A stretch of DNA of 64,000 bases from Carpediemonas membranifera BICM (taxonomy: Eukaryota; Protista; Fornicata): assembly GCA_019828565.1 (NCBI GenBank), contig JAHDYR010000005.1:335200-399199 (forward strand), in the 5' to 3' direction. The notes beneath the pieces were generated by a model. That model did not search any database. It saw only the letters and a program-made list of their open reading frames with translations, and had not been told where the DNA came from. Below are positions 32,940 to 43,935 of the stretch, in pieces (positions within the stretch are counted from its first letter, which is position 1; the number at the start of each line of letters is the position of its first letter). A program made the translations under genes and the position numbers.

Positions 32940-34626
32940 GTCAAAAGAAACCACCCATCAAGGATCCTCGCCCCGGTCCACAGGTCCTAACTCCTCATCC
33001 AACCACAAATCCCACTACTCCTCAATCTCCTCCCCTGTCACCGACGCCTCCTCCTCCCCCGTCCACAGCACCTCCTCCCCCGTCAGTTCCACCATTTCCC
33101 TGCATCAACAGGCAGTGGCGCCTATGGAGGCACTTGGGCGCGCCATCAGAGGTGGTTACGTGGCTACGCGAGGGCGTCCCGATATCCCTAAGAGCGCACC
33201 CTCGTCATCCGCGCCTACCACCAACTCGCGCCAAGGACCGCAAGGCATTCCGCGACCACCTGAAAACCCTCCTGAGCCTGGGCGCGGCAAGCCCATGCCG
33301 GTCTCCCAGCTTGATCTCACCTATCTTCACTGTGCCGAAGACGCCACCAGAGACGCGTCTGATCCACGACCTAAGGGCATTGAACGCAGTGTCAACGGAA
33401 CATCGAACCTTTCGGCTGAAGGGAGTCAAGCAAGCGATGGCCCAGCTTCGCGAAGGAGACTACATGGCACGCTTGGACCTAGTCAAGGGCTACTACCAGT
33501 TAGGGGTCAGGGCCTCGGACAGCCCGCTGCTGGGTTTCGTGGTCGACGGGAGACCCTATGCCTTCAACGTCCTACCCTTCGGCTGGGGCCCAGCGCCATT
33601 CTTCTTCCAAAGGGTGATGCTGACAGCAGCGCAGATCGTAGCACGGATGTTCCCAGGCATCAACTTGACCATCTATCTCGACGACTGGCTCCTGTCCGGG
33701 GACAAGAAGACACTGACCGCTGCGATGCCCGGCATACTACAGCTCCTAGAGAACCTCGGCCTGGTCATCAACAGGAAGAAATCGCAGCTCTCACCCACGC
33801 AGCAGACCGACTTCCTTGGCTTCGTCATGGACTCTGGCCGGCGGGGGATCGCTCTGCAGGACAGCAAGCGGCAGAAGTACCTCTCACGAGTCAGGGAGGC
33901 CTTGGCATCGGGGGCCACGACACACAGCATGCAGCGGTTGTTGGGCAATCTCGGCTTTGCAGCCATCATTTGGCCGGAGGGCCGAGCCGCTATCAGACCC
34001 CTCCAGAGAGCCCAACTGAAGGACCGCTACCGCACACTCATATCCGGCGAAGCGAGAGAAGCACTGATCCAATGGGAGCGCCGCTTATCACGGCCATCTC
34101 CGATAAGGTCCTTCCAAGAGCTGCTTCACCTGTGGGGTCTGTCTCCGACGCTCCACATCACAGCGATGACAGACGCCTCTCACTCAGGACTCGGCGGAGT
34201 GATCACAATCCCGGGCCGTCAACCCTTCACCTTCACCAGGCCGGCCCCGGTGGACGAGCACATCACATTGCTCGAGTTCCGAGCAGTGGAACAAGCAGTG
34301 AGACTGATCCTAGCAGAGCCGTTGACAGACGCGGAGGTCACCATCTACTCCGACTCGGTGGCAGCAGTCAGCTGGTGGAACAAGCAAGGCTCAACCAAGG
34401 CTCCGCAGTTTGTAGACTCAGTCATACGGGACCTGCTACCCACACTGAGCGAAAGGGCCATCAGGATAAGGCTCCTTCACGTCTCTGGTCACTTGAACGT
34501 CCAAGCCGACGCATTGTCGAGGTCCGAAACGCTCTCAGCGCCTCGTCGGATCATCGACAGGATCACAGCCGAGTGGGGTCCCATGCAGAAAGAGATCTGG
34601 CCCTCCGAGTGGCTTGGAGCTCGAGT
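32891..34626 (+). pseudogene. Element G RT-RNaseH, cut by the LINE; resumes at 41873-42256
   Basis: YLDD, TDAS, HITLLE, NVQADALSR; frame open from the gag end without an upstream ATG. Confidence 0.9.
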
Positions 34627-35000
34627 TTTGAGTTTTTGAGTTTTTGAGTTTATTTTTTGATACAGTGCCGGGGTGTCCACCTCCAGGCACTGGCCACAAC
34701 CCGAGCCAGACGAGCGGTGATCAGCCGCAGGAGGGCAACGGTTCTCATAACATTGGAAGCCAGAGCTGCGGCGCCCAAGAGTACTGTTCTGAAGCTGCAG
34801 GGAGAGGAGGGCCTAAAACCCCTTCGAAGAAGGGTAAAAAGATGACCCACGCGGGTCGGCCAGCTCACAACTTCCAGCTCTTGGCGCTGCGGGACTCTGT
34901 GCTCCGAGCCCGATGGGGCTCCCTCAGGACGATGATCGAGGAGGTCCTGAGACCGGGGAGGACGGTGGCGTTTTCCTATGTAAGCGAGGGAACCTACCAG

Positions 35001-37200
35001 TCACGCGTCACAAAGTACACTCAACATATGTGTGAGCTTGGCGTCGTCACGCCTGCTCAGGGTCAGGGGGTCCTTGAAAAGGAGGATGGGGTTAATCTTG
35101 AAGTGGTCGCACTTAGCCAAGTGGGTCTGGTTCAGGACAACCCACGTCCTGGATCTCAGCACTGCTAAGGTCTTGGTAGGGGACGTCAGGATCTCAATCA
35201 CAGCCGCGGCGATGGCCTCACCCTGACAGAGAGGACATGCCTCAAGAGCTGCGGCGGCTTCCGGTTCATCCTTCAGGTCCTGTAGGATTCCCCTGACCGG
35301 CTGCCACGCGTCAGGAAGAGCCCCTCTCGTTGGCATTGGTAGACACGATAGCCGTAGCATCGCGAGGCGCTTCGCTGGCCCAGCCGTTAGATGGTCGAGG
35401 TATGGCTGCCTGGCCGGGTAGTTAGAGCGGGTAAAAGGGCGGGTGAGTGCCGACTCCGTGACGTATCTCCTGACAGCCACTTTGTTACCACGGCAGATTA
35501 TGTCGTGAGAGAGCTGGGCTGCTCGACAGGCTGCTAGGTCAAGGCTGTCGGAGTGGGACAGGCCAAGGCTGCCTTGTGCCTCAGCAATGCAGTCTGGGAG
35601 ATCCTTGCCCGGATGGATTCTCGCCCATCTCACCCCTTGCTTGAATCTGTCCAGCAGGAGCATTGCCTCTGGATGCAGCCAGCCTAGCTCCAGGTACTTC
35701 GCCTCCGATGCAGTTGGGCTGATCCTTAGGGCTGCCGATGCAAGCTTGCCTACCTGGGAGACAGCCTTATGATTAGCCCAGACGCTCCACCCGTACAGCA
35801 GCTTGGGGAGGGTGTAGACCTCTACAATGCGAGGACAGAACTTGGAGTGCATCACGCCGCTAGCTCTCAGTAGTCGTAGCTCTCTGTCTATCCTTTCGCC
35901 CATAGTCCTATTCTGGGTGGAGAAGTCTCGGGACGTATCGAAGAGGACCCCTAGGAGCTTGACCGCGTCTCTCTTAATGACTGGATTGCCATGGATGGTG
36001 AGGGAGGGGGTGTCGTCCTCTGAGACATAGGTGGTCTTATCGTTGGGCTCCAAGGATAGCGCTAGCATGCATGTCCATGCCGCCGTAAGTGCTGCCTCCA
36101 ACCACTTAAGGGAGGGAGCTACTATTGTAATGTCATCAACGAACAGGACTGTGACAATCCAGGGAACGCACGGCCTTGCTGCCACTCGTCTCAGGGTCTC
36201 TATGTCGGGAGGAAGCTTCTCAATTGCTTCCTTCCCTAGAGCGGTTAAGCTTGCAATGATGTGAGGGACTTCCGCAAGGTATCTTGTGAAGATGAAGGGA
36301 GCAGTGGTGCATCCTTGCCGTACTCCTGTGTTGGTAGCGGCGCTAGTGCTGCTACCTCGCATAGAGATCCTTGTGTGCAAATGCATCTCCTTCAACATCT
36401 CAATGGCCCTTCTGTTCCCCCCTCAACGAGTCCAATGCATCTCTCCTCGGGACACGGTCAAAGGCCTTAGCCACGTCCAGAGTCCCAATGTGGGTCGCTT
36501 TGAACCCACGTCTCGCGTGCTCAATAGCCCATAGTGCATCAACCGATGAAACACCCGGCCTTGCACCGTATTGTTCAGGGGGAAGAGGGTTGTCTCGGTC
36601 AATCGTGCGGATCATCATTGTGCCGAGCACCTTGTGGGCTGTGGAAAGTAGGGAGATAGGTCTGAACGCCACAGGAGCATCGCTAGTAGAGCCGGGCTTT
36701 TTCAATGGAATTACCACGGCGGTATGCCACTCTGCTGGGGTCTTGAGTTGGTCAATGCACTTCTGTAGCAGAGTCTTGAGCGCCTCCTTGAGGACTGGGC
36801 AATATTTGAAAATTGCCGGGGTTAGTCCATCACTGCCTGGGGCTGATCTATTCTTGGCAGATTTGAGAGCCCCTTCCAGGAGAGTGTCCGTGATTTCGAG
36901 CTCTATATCGGGGCGAGAGATGGATGGTTCTACTGCTCCTGCCACATATGATACTGACGCATACCACTCCTCGAAGGCCTTGGCTACTTCTTCTCGGTTG
37001 GTGATCACTCTGCCTCCTACTGTGGTGGTAGCAGGAAGGCCGGGTCCTCTGAGTAAGCCTTCCAGGTCTCTGCGAAGACCAGACACTCTGGCCTGCCCCT
37101 TCAAAAAGCTTCCAATGGACGTATCTAAAGAATTCAGGGGACATGACATCCATGCTCTCAGAGACTCGCTTGGCTCGGGCATGGTAGGCTTTGAGTGTTG
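35001..37200 (-). pseudogene. LINE reverse transcriptase, frameshifts near 37190 and 36410
   Basis: APGSDG, FRPISLL, QYGAR, LDVAKAFDRV, GVRQG, FVDD, C-terminal CPLC. Confidence 0.92.
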
Positions 37201-39868
37201 AGTGGGCGTGGCTCTCCGAGGATGCTAACGCTACTGATAGCATTGCTGATGATAGCTCAGAGCACACGAGAGCTTTGGGGCCTCTGCTCGTCCTCTCCTT
37301 GAGCTGATGTTGGTGGCGATGATCCTCAATGATGAGCTCATAGAGCCGTTCAGGGGAAATACCGATCTGCTCTCCGGCGACAAACCAGTGGTCGTAGTCT
37401 TCTGCTCTCTCGACTTCTCTCACTTCATGTGAGGCCGCAGTGTCCACCAACGCCCATCGGTTGATAGTCGACGTCAGGCTTTGAAAGGCTTGGTCGACAT
37501 CAAGGTGGCTGATGTTCCTCAGGAGAGTCCTCGCCTTTCGATGATCCTTGCTGCATTCAAGTACGTTAGCCACATGTCTTTCGTTGAGGACTGCTGTTGC
37601 CTTGCTCCTCGTGCGAAAGTAACCCGTTATGCCTGATCTTGCTACAACCGCTCTGTGTCCTTTGGGTTCAAGGGATACTGTGAGCGGCTTCTTGATGAGA
37701 TCAGCCAGCTTAGGTGTTGCTGCGATGCCATCAATTACTCTGTCCATGAAGGTCGGGCCGTCGGGCACTACCAGTCTCAAGCCACACTCCTTTAGGGTGG
37801 TAGCCCACAGCGTCGATGGATCTAGTAGGTTCGTGTTGAAGTCTCCCATGACAAGAACTTGGAGCCCTTGCTCAATAGCTTTCTTCACCTCGGAGGACAG
37901 TAGAGTGTGGAACTCTTTCTTGGCTTGTGCTCCCGTGCATGGACTATAGATGGACATGACACGGACCTTCAGTTTGCCAGCTGTTACAAACACGCAGCCT
38001 AGGTCAGCTTGAATCAACCTTGGAGAGTGGGGTTGGTTCTCGACGTATGTGCAGAGCTCAGCTAATTCCTTCCTCAGCATGATGCCTACGCCTAGATGCT
38101 TTGTCTCGGACTCTGACTTGATCACTCCGTGGTATAGCAGGACCTTGTCATTCGTTGTGGGCAGCTCCGGGGACTGGGCCCACCACCATAGCTCCTGAAT
38201 GGCCATGATGTCCACGTCTTGTACTAGAGCAAGAGTCATCTTGGTGATGTTGAGTGATGTGCAATTCCACGAGTAGAGGTGACCATTTACTGGTCGTCTA
38301 CCTGCTTGACTTCGCCCTCTCTGATTCCTGAAGGTCGCAGGCGAGACTCGCGTGGCTAAGCTTGGAGCTGGCGTGGAAGAAGCCGGTGGCTCAACCTTAC
38401 TCCAGTTACCGTCGTGAGCTCGGGCACTCTGGAGAGCTTTGAACACCGGAGAAAGGTCCCACGCTTCGCTGACCCATGCTGTTTCTGCCTTCTGTATGAG
38501 GGCATCCATGTCTCCTCGAGTCATGGGCCCTCTCAGTCTGACTTTGCGGAGCCCTCGCACTGGCTTGTTGGGGATTCTCGGGACTAGAAACCAATGATCC
38601 GGCGCTCTGTAGGACCTCTTGACTACTCCTTTGGAGTTGTCTGCCGAGGGAGGAACGTTGAGAGCCAGAAGCTCTGCAGCAGATTGCGGTAGGTCTCGGT
38701 GAGGAGGGCACTCCCAGTAAACTTGCTGAGCCGTCAACTGATTGCTGAAGGAGCTGTCGTTATTCACCGTCGCTATCCTGATGAATGGCTGTTCTAGGCT
38801 GTTTGGAGGGACTATGCCTGCCGCATCCGCCACCGCTATCATCTTGGCAAGAGGATCAAACCATTCCCACCCTCGCCGAGCTGGGCTCCGCACTGCAATA
38901 AATTGACGGCACGTCATAGCCTGTCTGGCCCTATCACCTGTGGGGAAGGAGCAGCCACCCTTAGGTGCTATTACGTACTCCTTGAGGATGTGGTGCAGCT
39001 CCTCAAGCGTTGGCAGGTGGAGGTCTTGGAGTAGTAGCACGGCCAGGTCGGGCAGGAGAGAGGACCAGTTGCCGATGAGGACATCCAAGTCTTTCCTCCA
39101 TGCATCAGTGATTTCAGAGTACGTGGATGTGATAGCTCCCCTAGATGTTCGGTCGAGACATGAGACTGTGTGCAGTACCGCCGCGAAAGCTACAGTGTCA
39201 CTGAGAGCACAATGGTAGCCTGGATCTGTTCCAATGTGGTACGGGCAGGGGCACTTCACCATTGTGAGACATTGGGCTATCGACATCGCCTCAGAGAACT
39301 CGGGTGAACGGCAGTAGTCATGGATATGCCCAAAGGATCTTTTGTCTATGGACTCTAGATCACTTATGTCATAGACCTTGTCAAGGAAGGGGGCATCGCT
39401 TTCCGAGACCCATGACTCTAGGACGGAGTTCTCAAGTCTCGGGTCTTTGGCGACCATGATGCAGTTCGGGAGGGAGCTCACTATGACCGTGAGGTGGTGA
39501 AGCCAGTCGGTCGGGCTGGGGAATGAGATCCCGGGGTGGTCGGGGTGTACTCTGAAGCTCATGGGAGGACACCCATGAACAACTGCCGCTTGGTATAAAG
39601 CTGTCTGCATTAACTGCGCTGGGATATCAACTTCTAAGCCGCCCCAGTGGACCCCTGCGACGTCCCACATCATTATCCCCGTTTCAGGATCCTTGACGCG
39701 GGCTAGGAGTGTGGCGCCGGCCTCTACGGGATATGAGACGCGACTCTGTTTGGTGGCTCTGCGGTCTACGGCAGTTCCTAGTCCTTCAAAGTCGACCACT
39801 AGGATATGAGAAACAGGACCCTCTCTCTTGCCAGACAAGCCTATGAGAGCGCCATGGACGCCATCACG
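37200..39868 (-). CDS. LINE polyprotein middle part: Maelstrom/DEDD-like nuclease domain plus AP endonuclease
   Basis: VVDFEG, AKDPRLE, CPYH..HCALSD; then SWNCTSL, AIQE, GVGI, SIYSP, MGDFN, IDGI, GHRAV. Confidence 0.8.
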
Positions 39869-40308
39869 GTTGTTGCGGGCCACACTAGAGGGGGGCGCTA
39901 TCGAGGCCTTCAGCGGCGATGTTGTTGCGGGCCACACTAGAGGGGGGCGCTATCGAGGCCTTCAGCGGCGATGTTGTTGCGGGCCACACTAGAGGGGGGC
40001 GCTATCGAGGCCTTCAGCGGCGATGTTGTTGCGGGCCACACTAGAGGGGGGCGCTATCGAGGCCTCCAGCGGCGATGTTGTTGCGGGCCACACTAGAGGG
40101 GGGCGCTATCGAGGCCTCCAGCGACGATGTTGTTGCGAGCCACACTAGAGGGGGCGCTATCGAGGCCTCCAGCGGCGATGTTGTTGCGGGCCACACTAGA
40201 GGGGGCGCTATCGAGGCCTTCAGCGGCGATGTTGTTGCGGGCCACACTAGAGGGGGCGCTATCGAGGCCTTCAGCGGCGATGTTGTTGCGAGCCACACTA
40301 GAGGGGGC
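39869..40308 (-). repeat. Coding minisatellite, ~8.5 x 51/52 bp (PSSVARNNIAAEGLDSA)
   Basis: Contiguous units differing by a G5 vs G6 run. Confidence 0.95.
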
Positions 40309-41859
40309 TCTTCTTGGACGATATTCAGCATATTGCAGGCGCCTTGCTTCTGCGCTCCTCACAGACGGAAAAAGAGGCGTGAAGTGCAGAGCACTCAGTC
40401 TAATGAGGATGTAATCGGTTTTGAGCATCGTTTTGAGCGCGTCAATATTGAGAGGAAGTGTAGAGAACTCGGATAATGCTGGGATGGTTACTGAGACTGT
40501 GTTGGCATCATATCGATGAGCAATAAGCACATTTTTTCCAAAGAGCGATGCAATATTGCGGAGGTCTGTGGTGGATAGGAAGGCACTACCAATGTCGCTA
40601 GCGGTGGTGTGTGTGGTTAAAGTGCGCACCGTGGATCTCCACGAGGAGTTAAGATCCACTGTACCATTCTGGATGGCGGAGGCAAGTTTCGACACGGCTT
40701 CTCGTCTCGTCAGGCCCGTCATACCCAGAGAGACAGCAAGTGAGTGAAGGCCACAGTTGCCGTCGGCGTGAACTGGGATGCTCATGAGAGGGCCCCAACG
40801 GGCGTTAGGCTCCTCAGCTACGATCGGGGATGATGGATAAATGCTGTTCTCTTCGCAAGACGATATTTCTTTCCGAATCTGCCGCGCAACCTCTTCCACG
40901 CTAACAGGGATCGGGCTTGCGAGCTCAACATCAGAGTTTGAACAGGAACTTATGGATATAGTAGAGTCATCGACTGGATAGGCCTTCCGGCGAATGGGAG
41001 AGATAAGGCTGTCTGATAAGGTATTCGATAAGGAAGACTGAAGGTCGGCCGCTGTGGCTCCACCCCATTCGGCATAAAGCTCAGTCATCGCATGTCCTCC
41101 CAACACGGGAGAGGCGCCATACAGTAAGTGGATTACCTCGAGGCCCATGAACGGCGTGAGGTTGAGACCATCCGGAGATACAATGGGGCCGGGCCGGCCG
41201 GAGTGAGCGATGCGGGGACCAAGAGGCTCTCTTTGACCGACTGCCTGCCATGTCAGGCTCGGAGAGTTCGGGACAGTGGATATGGTTGGAGGCCAAGGAT
41301 CGTTCCGTTGGTCTAACACTGTAGGGCATCTGGCGGAGATGAAATCTGCGAACTTGCTCCAGTCCATGCTGCTAGCTGGGGGGAGTCCCGTGAACCTGCA
41401 GTGGATTAGGGCAGCCTTAAGCGTTCCAACCGTGTGGACAAGATCATAGGCAATGAGGGGAAAGAGTTTGAGGATACCTTCCCGGATGGAGAGCCCAAAT
41501 GCAGCTGCAAGGTGCTCAGCATCTTGGAGTAGGTCATTACAGGCATCCTTAGCCCGCTTATAGCGGGCGTTGTCCCGTTTTAGGTTTGGGATTGCCACCG
41601 AGACGAAATTGCCCGTCGATGAGTGTGTTGCAAGCTCAGTTTTGAAGGGATGGATGATTACGGGGTCCCCAATAAAGGCAATGCCTGCTAGTAGTTGTCT
41701 TTTGAGGACAGGAGGGGCGGATGAAACATATTTGAGGTGCTTCCTCGTCAGGAAGCGTTGGTCGGCGATACTGCTTTGAGCAGCAGTGGTACTTTGTGGT
41801 TGCGGACCAGTGTCTTTCGCTAAGATTGGGCCTCTGTAGCCAGAACTACTTTTGCCCAT
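40093..41859 (-). CDS. LINE N-terminal ORF with OTU-like cysteine protease
   Basis: VHADGNCGLHSLAVSL ... IRLSALHF matches OTU D-x-x-C and H-F motifs. Confidence 0.75.
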   Translation of the reverse strand: MGKSSSGYRGPILAKDTGPQPQSTTAAQSSIADQRFLTRKHLKYVSSAPPVLKRQLLAGIAFIGDPVIIHPFKTELATHSSTGNFVSVAIPNLKRDNARYKRAKDACNDLLQDAEHLAAAFGLSIREGILKLFPLIAYDLVHTVGTLKAALIHCRFTGLPPASSMDWSKFADFISARCPTVLDQRNDPWPPTISTVPNSPSLTWQAVGQREPLGPRIAHSGRPGPIVSPDGLNLTPFMGLEVIHLLYGASPVLGGHAMTELYAEWGGATAADLQSSLSNTLSDSLISPIRRKAYPVDDSTISISSCSNSDVELASPIPVSVEEVARQIRKEISSCEENSIYPSSPIVAEEPNARWGPLMSIPVHADGNCGLHSLAVSLGMTGLTRREAVSKLASAIQNGTVDLNSSWRSTVRTLTTHTTASDIGSAFLSTTDLRNIASLFGKNVLIAHRYDANTVSVTIPALSEFSTLPLNIDALKTMLKTDYILIRLSALHFTPLFPSVRSAEARRLQYAEYRPRRAPSSVARNNIAAEGLDSAPSSVARNNIAAEGLDSAPSSVARNNIAAGGLDSAPSSVARNNIVAGGLDSAPL

Positions 41860-42249
41860 GGTGCGGAAAATTGCTTGGAGCTCGAGTAGAACACAGCCCG
41901 TCGACGGTCGACGACAGCAGGTTCATAGACATGGACTGGTCGACAGGAAGGTGGCTAGCAGTGACACCCTTCGCGCTCCTATCAGCAGTATATGCAAAGC
42001 TGTGCCACCTCCACATTGCAAGGACCACACAGCCGAGATCCCTACCAAGTGCCCTCGTCCTGCTAGTGTCCGACTGCAGATCGCCGACGGCAGTTGCGCT
42101 GAGAGAGCTGACTCCGCACCGCATGTTCTTCAGAGTCAAAGCGGAGGACGCGGACCTATCAGCGATCACCCCCTGCAGGCGGACGGCACATACCGATTGG
42201 CGGCCCTGTTTGTGGGAGTGACATCTTCACCATCTCCCTCGAGGGTGAC

Positions 42250-43116
42250 ATGTTAAGTGGATTCGTAGACAAGCGCCACGTTGCGGGTGTGCTCCAACAG
42301 TTCTCGGGTTTCTGGGGTGCCCTTCCACCTGACACTAGCAGCATCGAAGTCATAAGAGCATGGGCCAAGGACCAAGCCTCGAGGGTCACCAAGGATACAA
42401 TCACCTCGAAGTGGAGCCTAATCCGTCGCTTCTTCGGCCGGGTGTCATCATGGGAACCACCGCTGGACGCCGACGCAGTCATCAAAGAGCAGGCAAGGAA
42501 CGCTCTTGGGAAGCTTAGAGGGCCTGCTCTCCCGATTCGCGCGCACACTCTGGTTGACAGGCTTCGGGCTGCCCACCCTCAGTCTCGAGACGACGACCTT
42601 TGGAAGGAGGCTTTCGCCTTTGCACTGACCACCTACGCCACGACCTCCAGGCCAGGAGAGATCTATGCCCTGCATGTTGGTGACGTTAGAGCGGAGAGCG
42701 CGCGCCGAGGGCTACGAATCTCCATCCACGGCACTAAGACCCGGCGAGTGGTCGTTGAGAAGCTCGTCCCGAGAGTCGACGGGGAGCTAGACCCGGCTCA
42801 CTGGCTATCTGAGGTCCTAGTCAATAGGATAGATGCAGGCGCGGTGGCCGAAGACCCTCTCTGGTCGCACCCCTACTCAGTCATTGAGGACCAGGTGAAG
42901 GGCATCATCTCCACGCAGGCTCGGCTGCACGGTCTGCGCCGCGGGAGCGCGGCTGACCTGGTTCTGATGGGTATCCCTATCCCGGTTGTTGCGGCGAAGG
43001 GCACATGGGCTGACCAGAACTCATTGATCCGTTATGTGGAAGACGTGCTTCGCCTGGACTACAGCACGTCCGTAGCCCCGTTCAGAGCCTTATTAGAGAA
43101 GGATAAGAAGAGATAA
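42250..43116 (+). CDS. Element G tyrosine recombinase
   Basis: SRPGEI, LHGLRRG, KGTW...IRY. Confidence 0.92.
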   Translation: MLSGFVDKRHVAGVLQQFSGFWGALPPDTSSIEVIRAWAKDQASRVTKDTITSKWSLIRRFFGRVSSWEPPLDADAVIKEQARNALGKLRGPALPIRAHTLVDRLRAAHPQSRDDDLWKEAFAFALTTYATTSRPGEIYALHVGDVRAESARRGLRISIHGTKTRRVVVEKLVPRVDGELDPAHWLSEVLVNRIDAGAVAEDPLWSHPYSVIEDQVKGIISTQARLHGLRRGSAADLVLMGIPIPVVAAKGTWADQNSLIRYVEDVLRLDYSTSVAPFRALLEKDKKR

Positions 43117-43935
43117 GCCCCTCAAAGCCATTGAGGAGTGGCTGCGAGGGGTATGATTGTGGGCCTTAGTGAGGCTAATCATAAACCTTGATGGACAAGG
43201 TGATATTGGCTATTTGGAAGCCGTTAAGGCTTTAGAGTCTCTTTTAGGCTCGATGGTTCAATAATTGCGCATCAGATGAAGAAATTGCGCAACAAAAGTG
43301 AAAAATCGCTAGAACTCCTCAACGAAGCGCCGTTGAGGGCTATAGACCTCGTTTTGAGCTCTTTGTGTTGGCATATGCAATGAATTGCAGCCGGGGCACA
43401 GCTTGCATGAAAGACATCGAGAGTGTCTTAAAGTGCACCGATCGGCTGCAATCGCTTGGGCGGCGACTGGTTCCCTGTGGGAATGGACGGAGTCTACCGG
43501 ATCGTCAGCCTGTCTGACTGGCAAGGCCAGCGGAGCCAAAACTTCGGCGCGAGAGGTCGAGGATGATTCGATACGATCTCAAAGACGGGATCGTGCGTCT
43601 CATAAGGGCGGTTCAGTTGTTCAAGAGCGAACTGAAACCGCGGGGCAGCCTTGCTCCCGATCCCCTCCTTCGGAGGGTGACGCTCGGCATTACGTAAGGT
43701 CGAGCGAGGTAATTTACTCCGGCTTACACAGAGATAGACCCGGGACGATGCGAGAACGCGACACAATAAATTACCTACCCCCCCCTGTGGGAATGGACGG
43801 AGTCTACCGGATCGTCAGCCTGTCTGACTGGTAGGTGAGCGGAGCGCCACGCCCACGCTTCGGCTGAGCGGTCGAGGTTAATCTGATCGAATTGATTCCG
43901 ATCAAATCGTCGCAGTTCAGGAAAGAGAGCAAAGA

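Larger units (their letters stand above)
34627..41872 (-). mobile_element. Full-length APE-type LINE (~7.2 kb)
   Basis: 15-bp TSD GCTTGGAGCTCGAGT (34612-34626, 41873-41887); (CTCAAAAA)n 3' tail; 13-nt leader before ATG 41859. Confidence 0.93.
26183..43831 (+). mobile_element. PAT-like YR retrotransposon G carrying two nested insertions
   Basis: A1 26183-26302 = A2 43519-43638; B1 43473-43521 = B2 43783-43831; TGG shared at both ends and at the B1/A2 junction. Confidence 0.93.

Noticed and set aside
36371-37201. Antisense ORFs over RT/YR genes
   Set aside because: Shadow ORFs expected in GC-rich coding DNA; no motifs
39869-40308. CRISPR array
   Set aside because: Contiguous near-identical units with no unique spacers, inside a coding region; no cas genes
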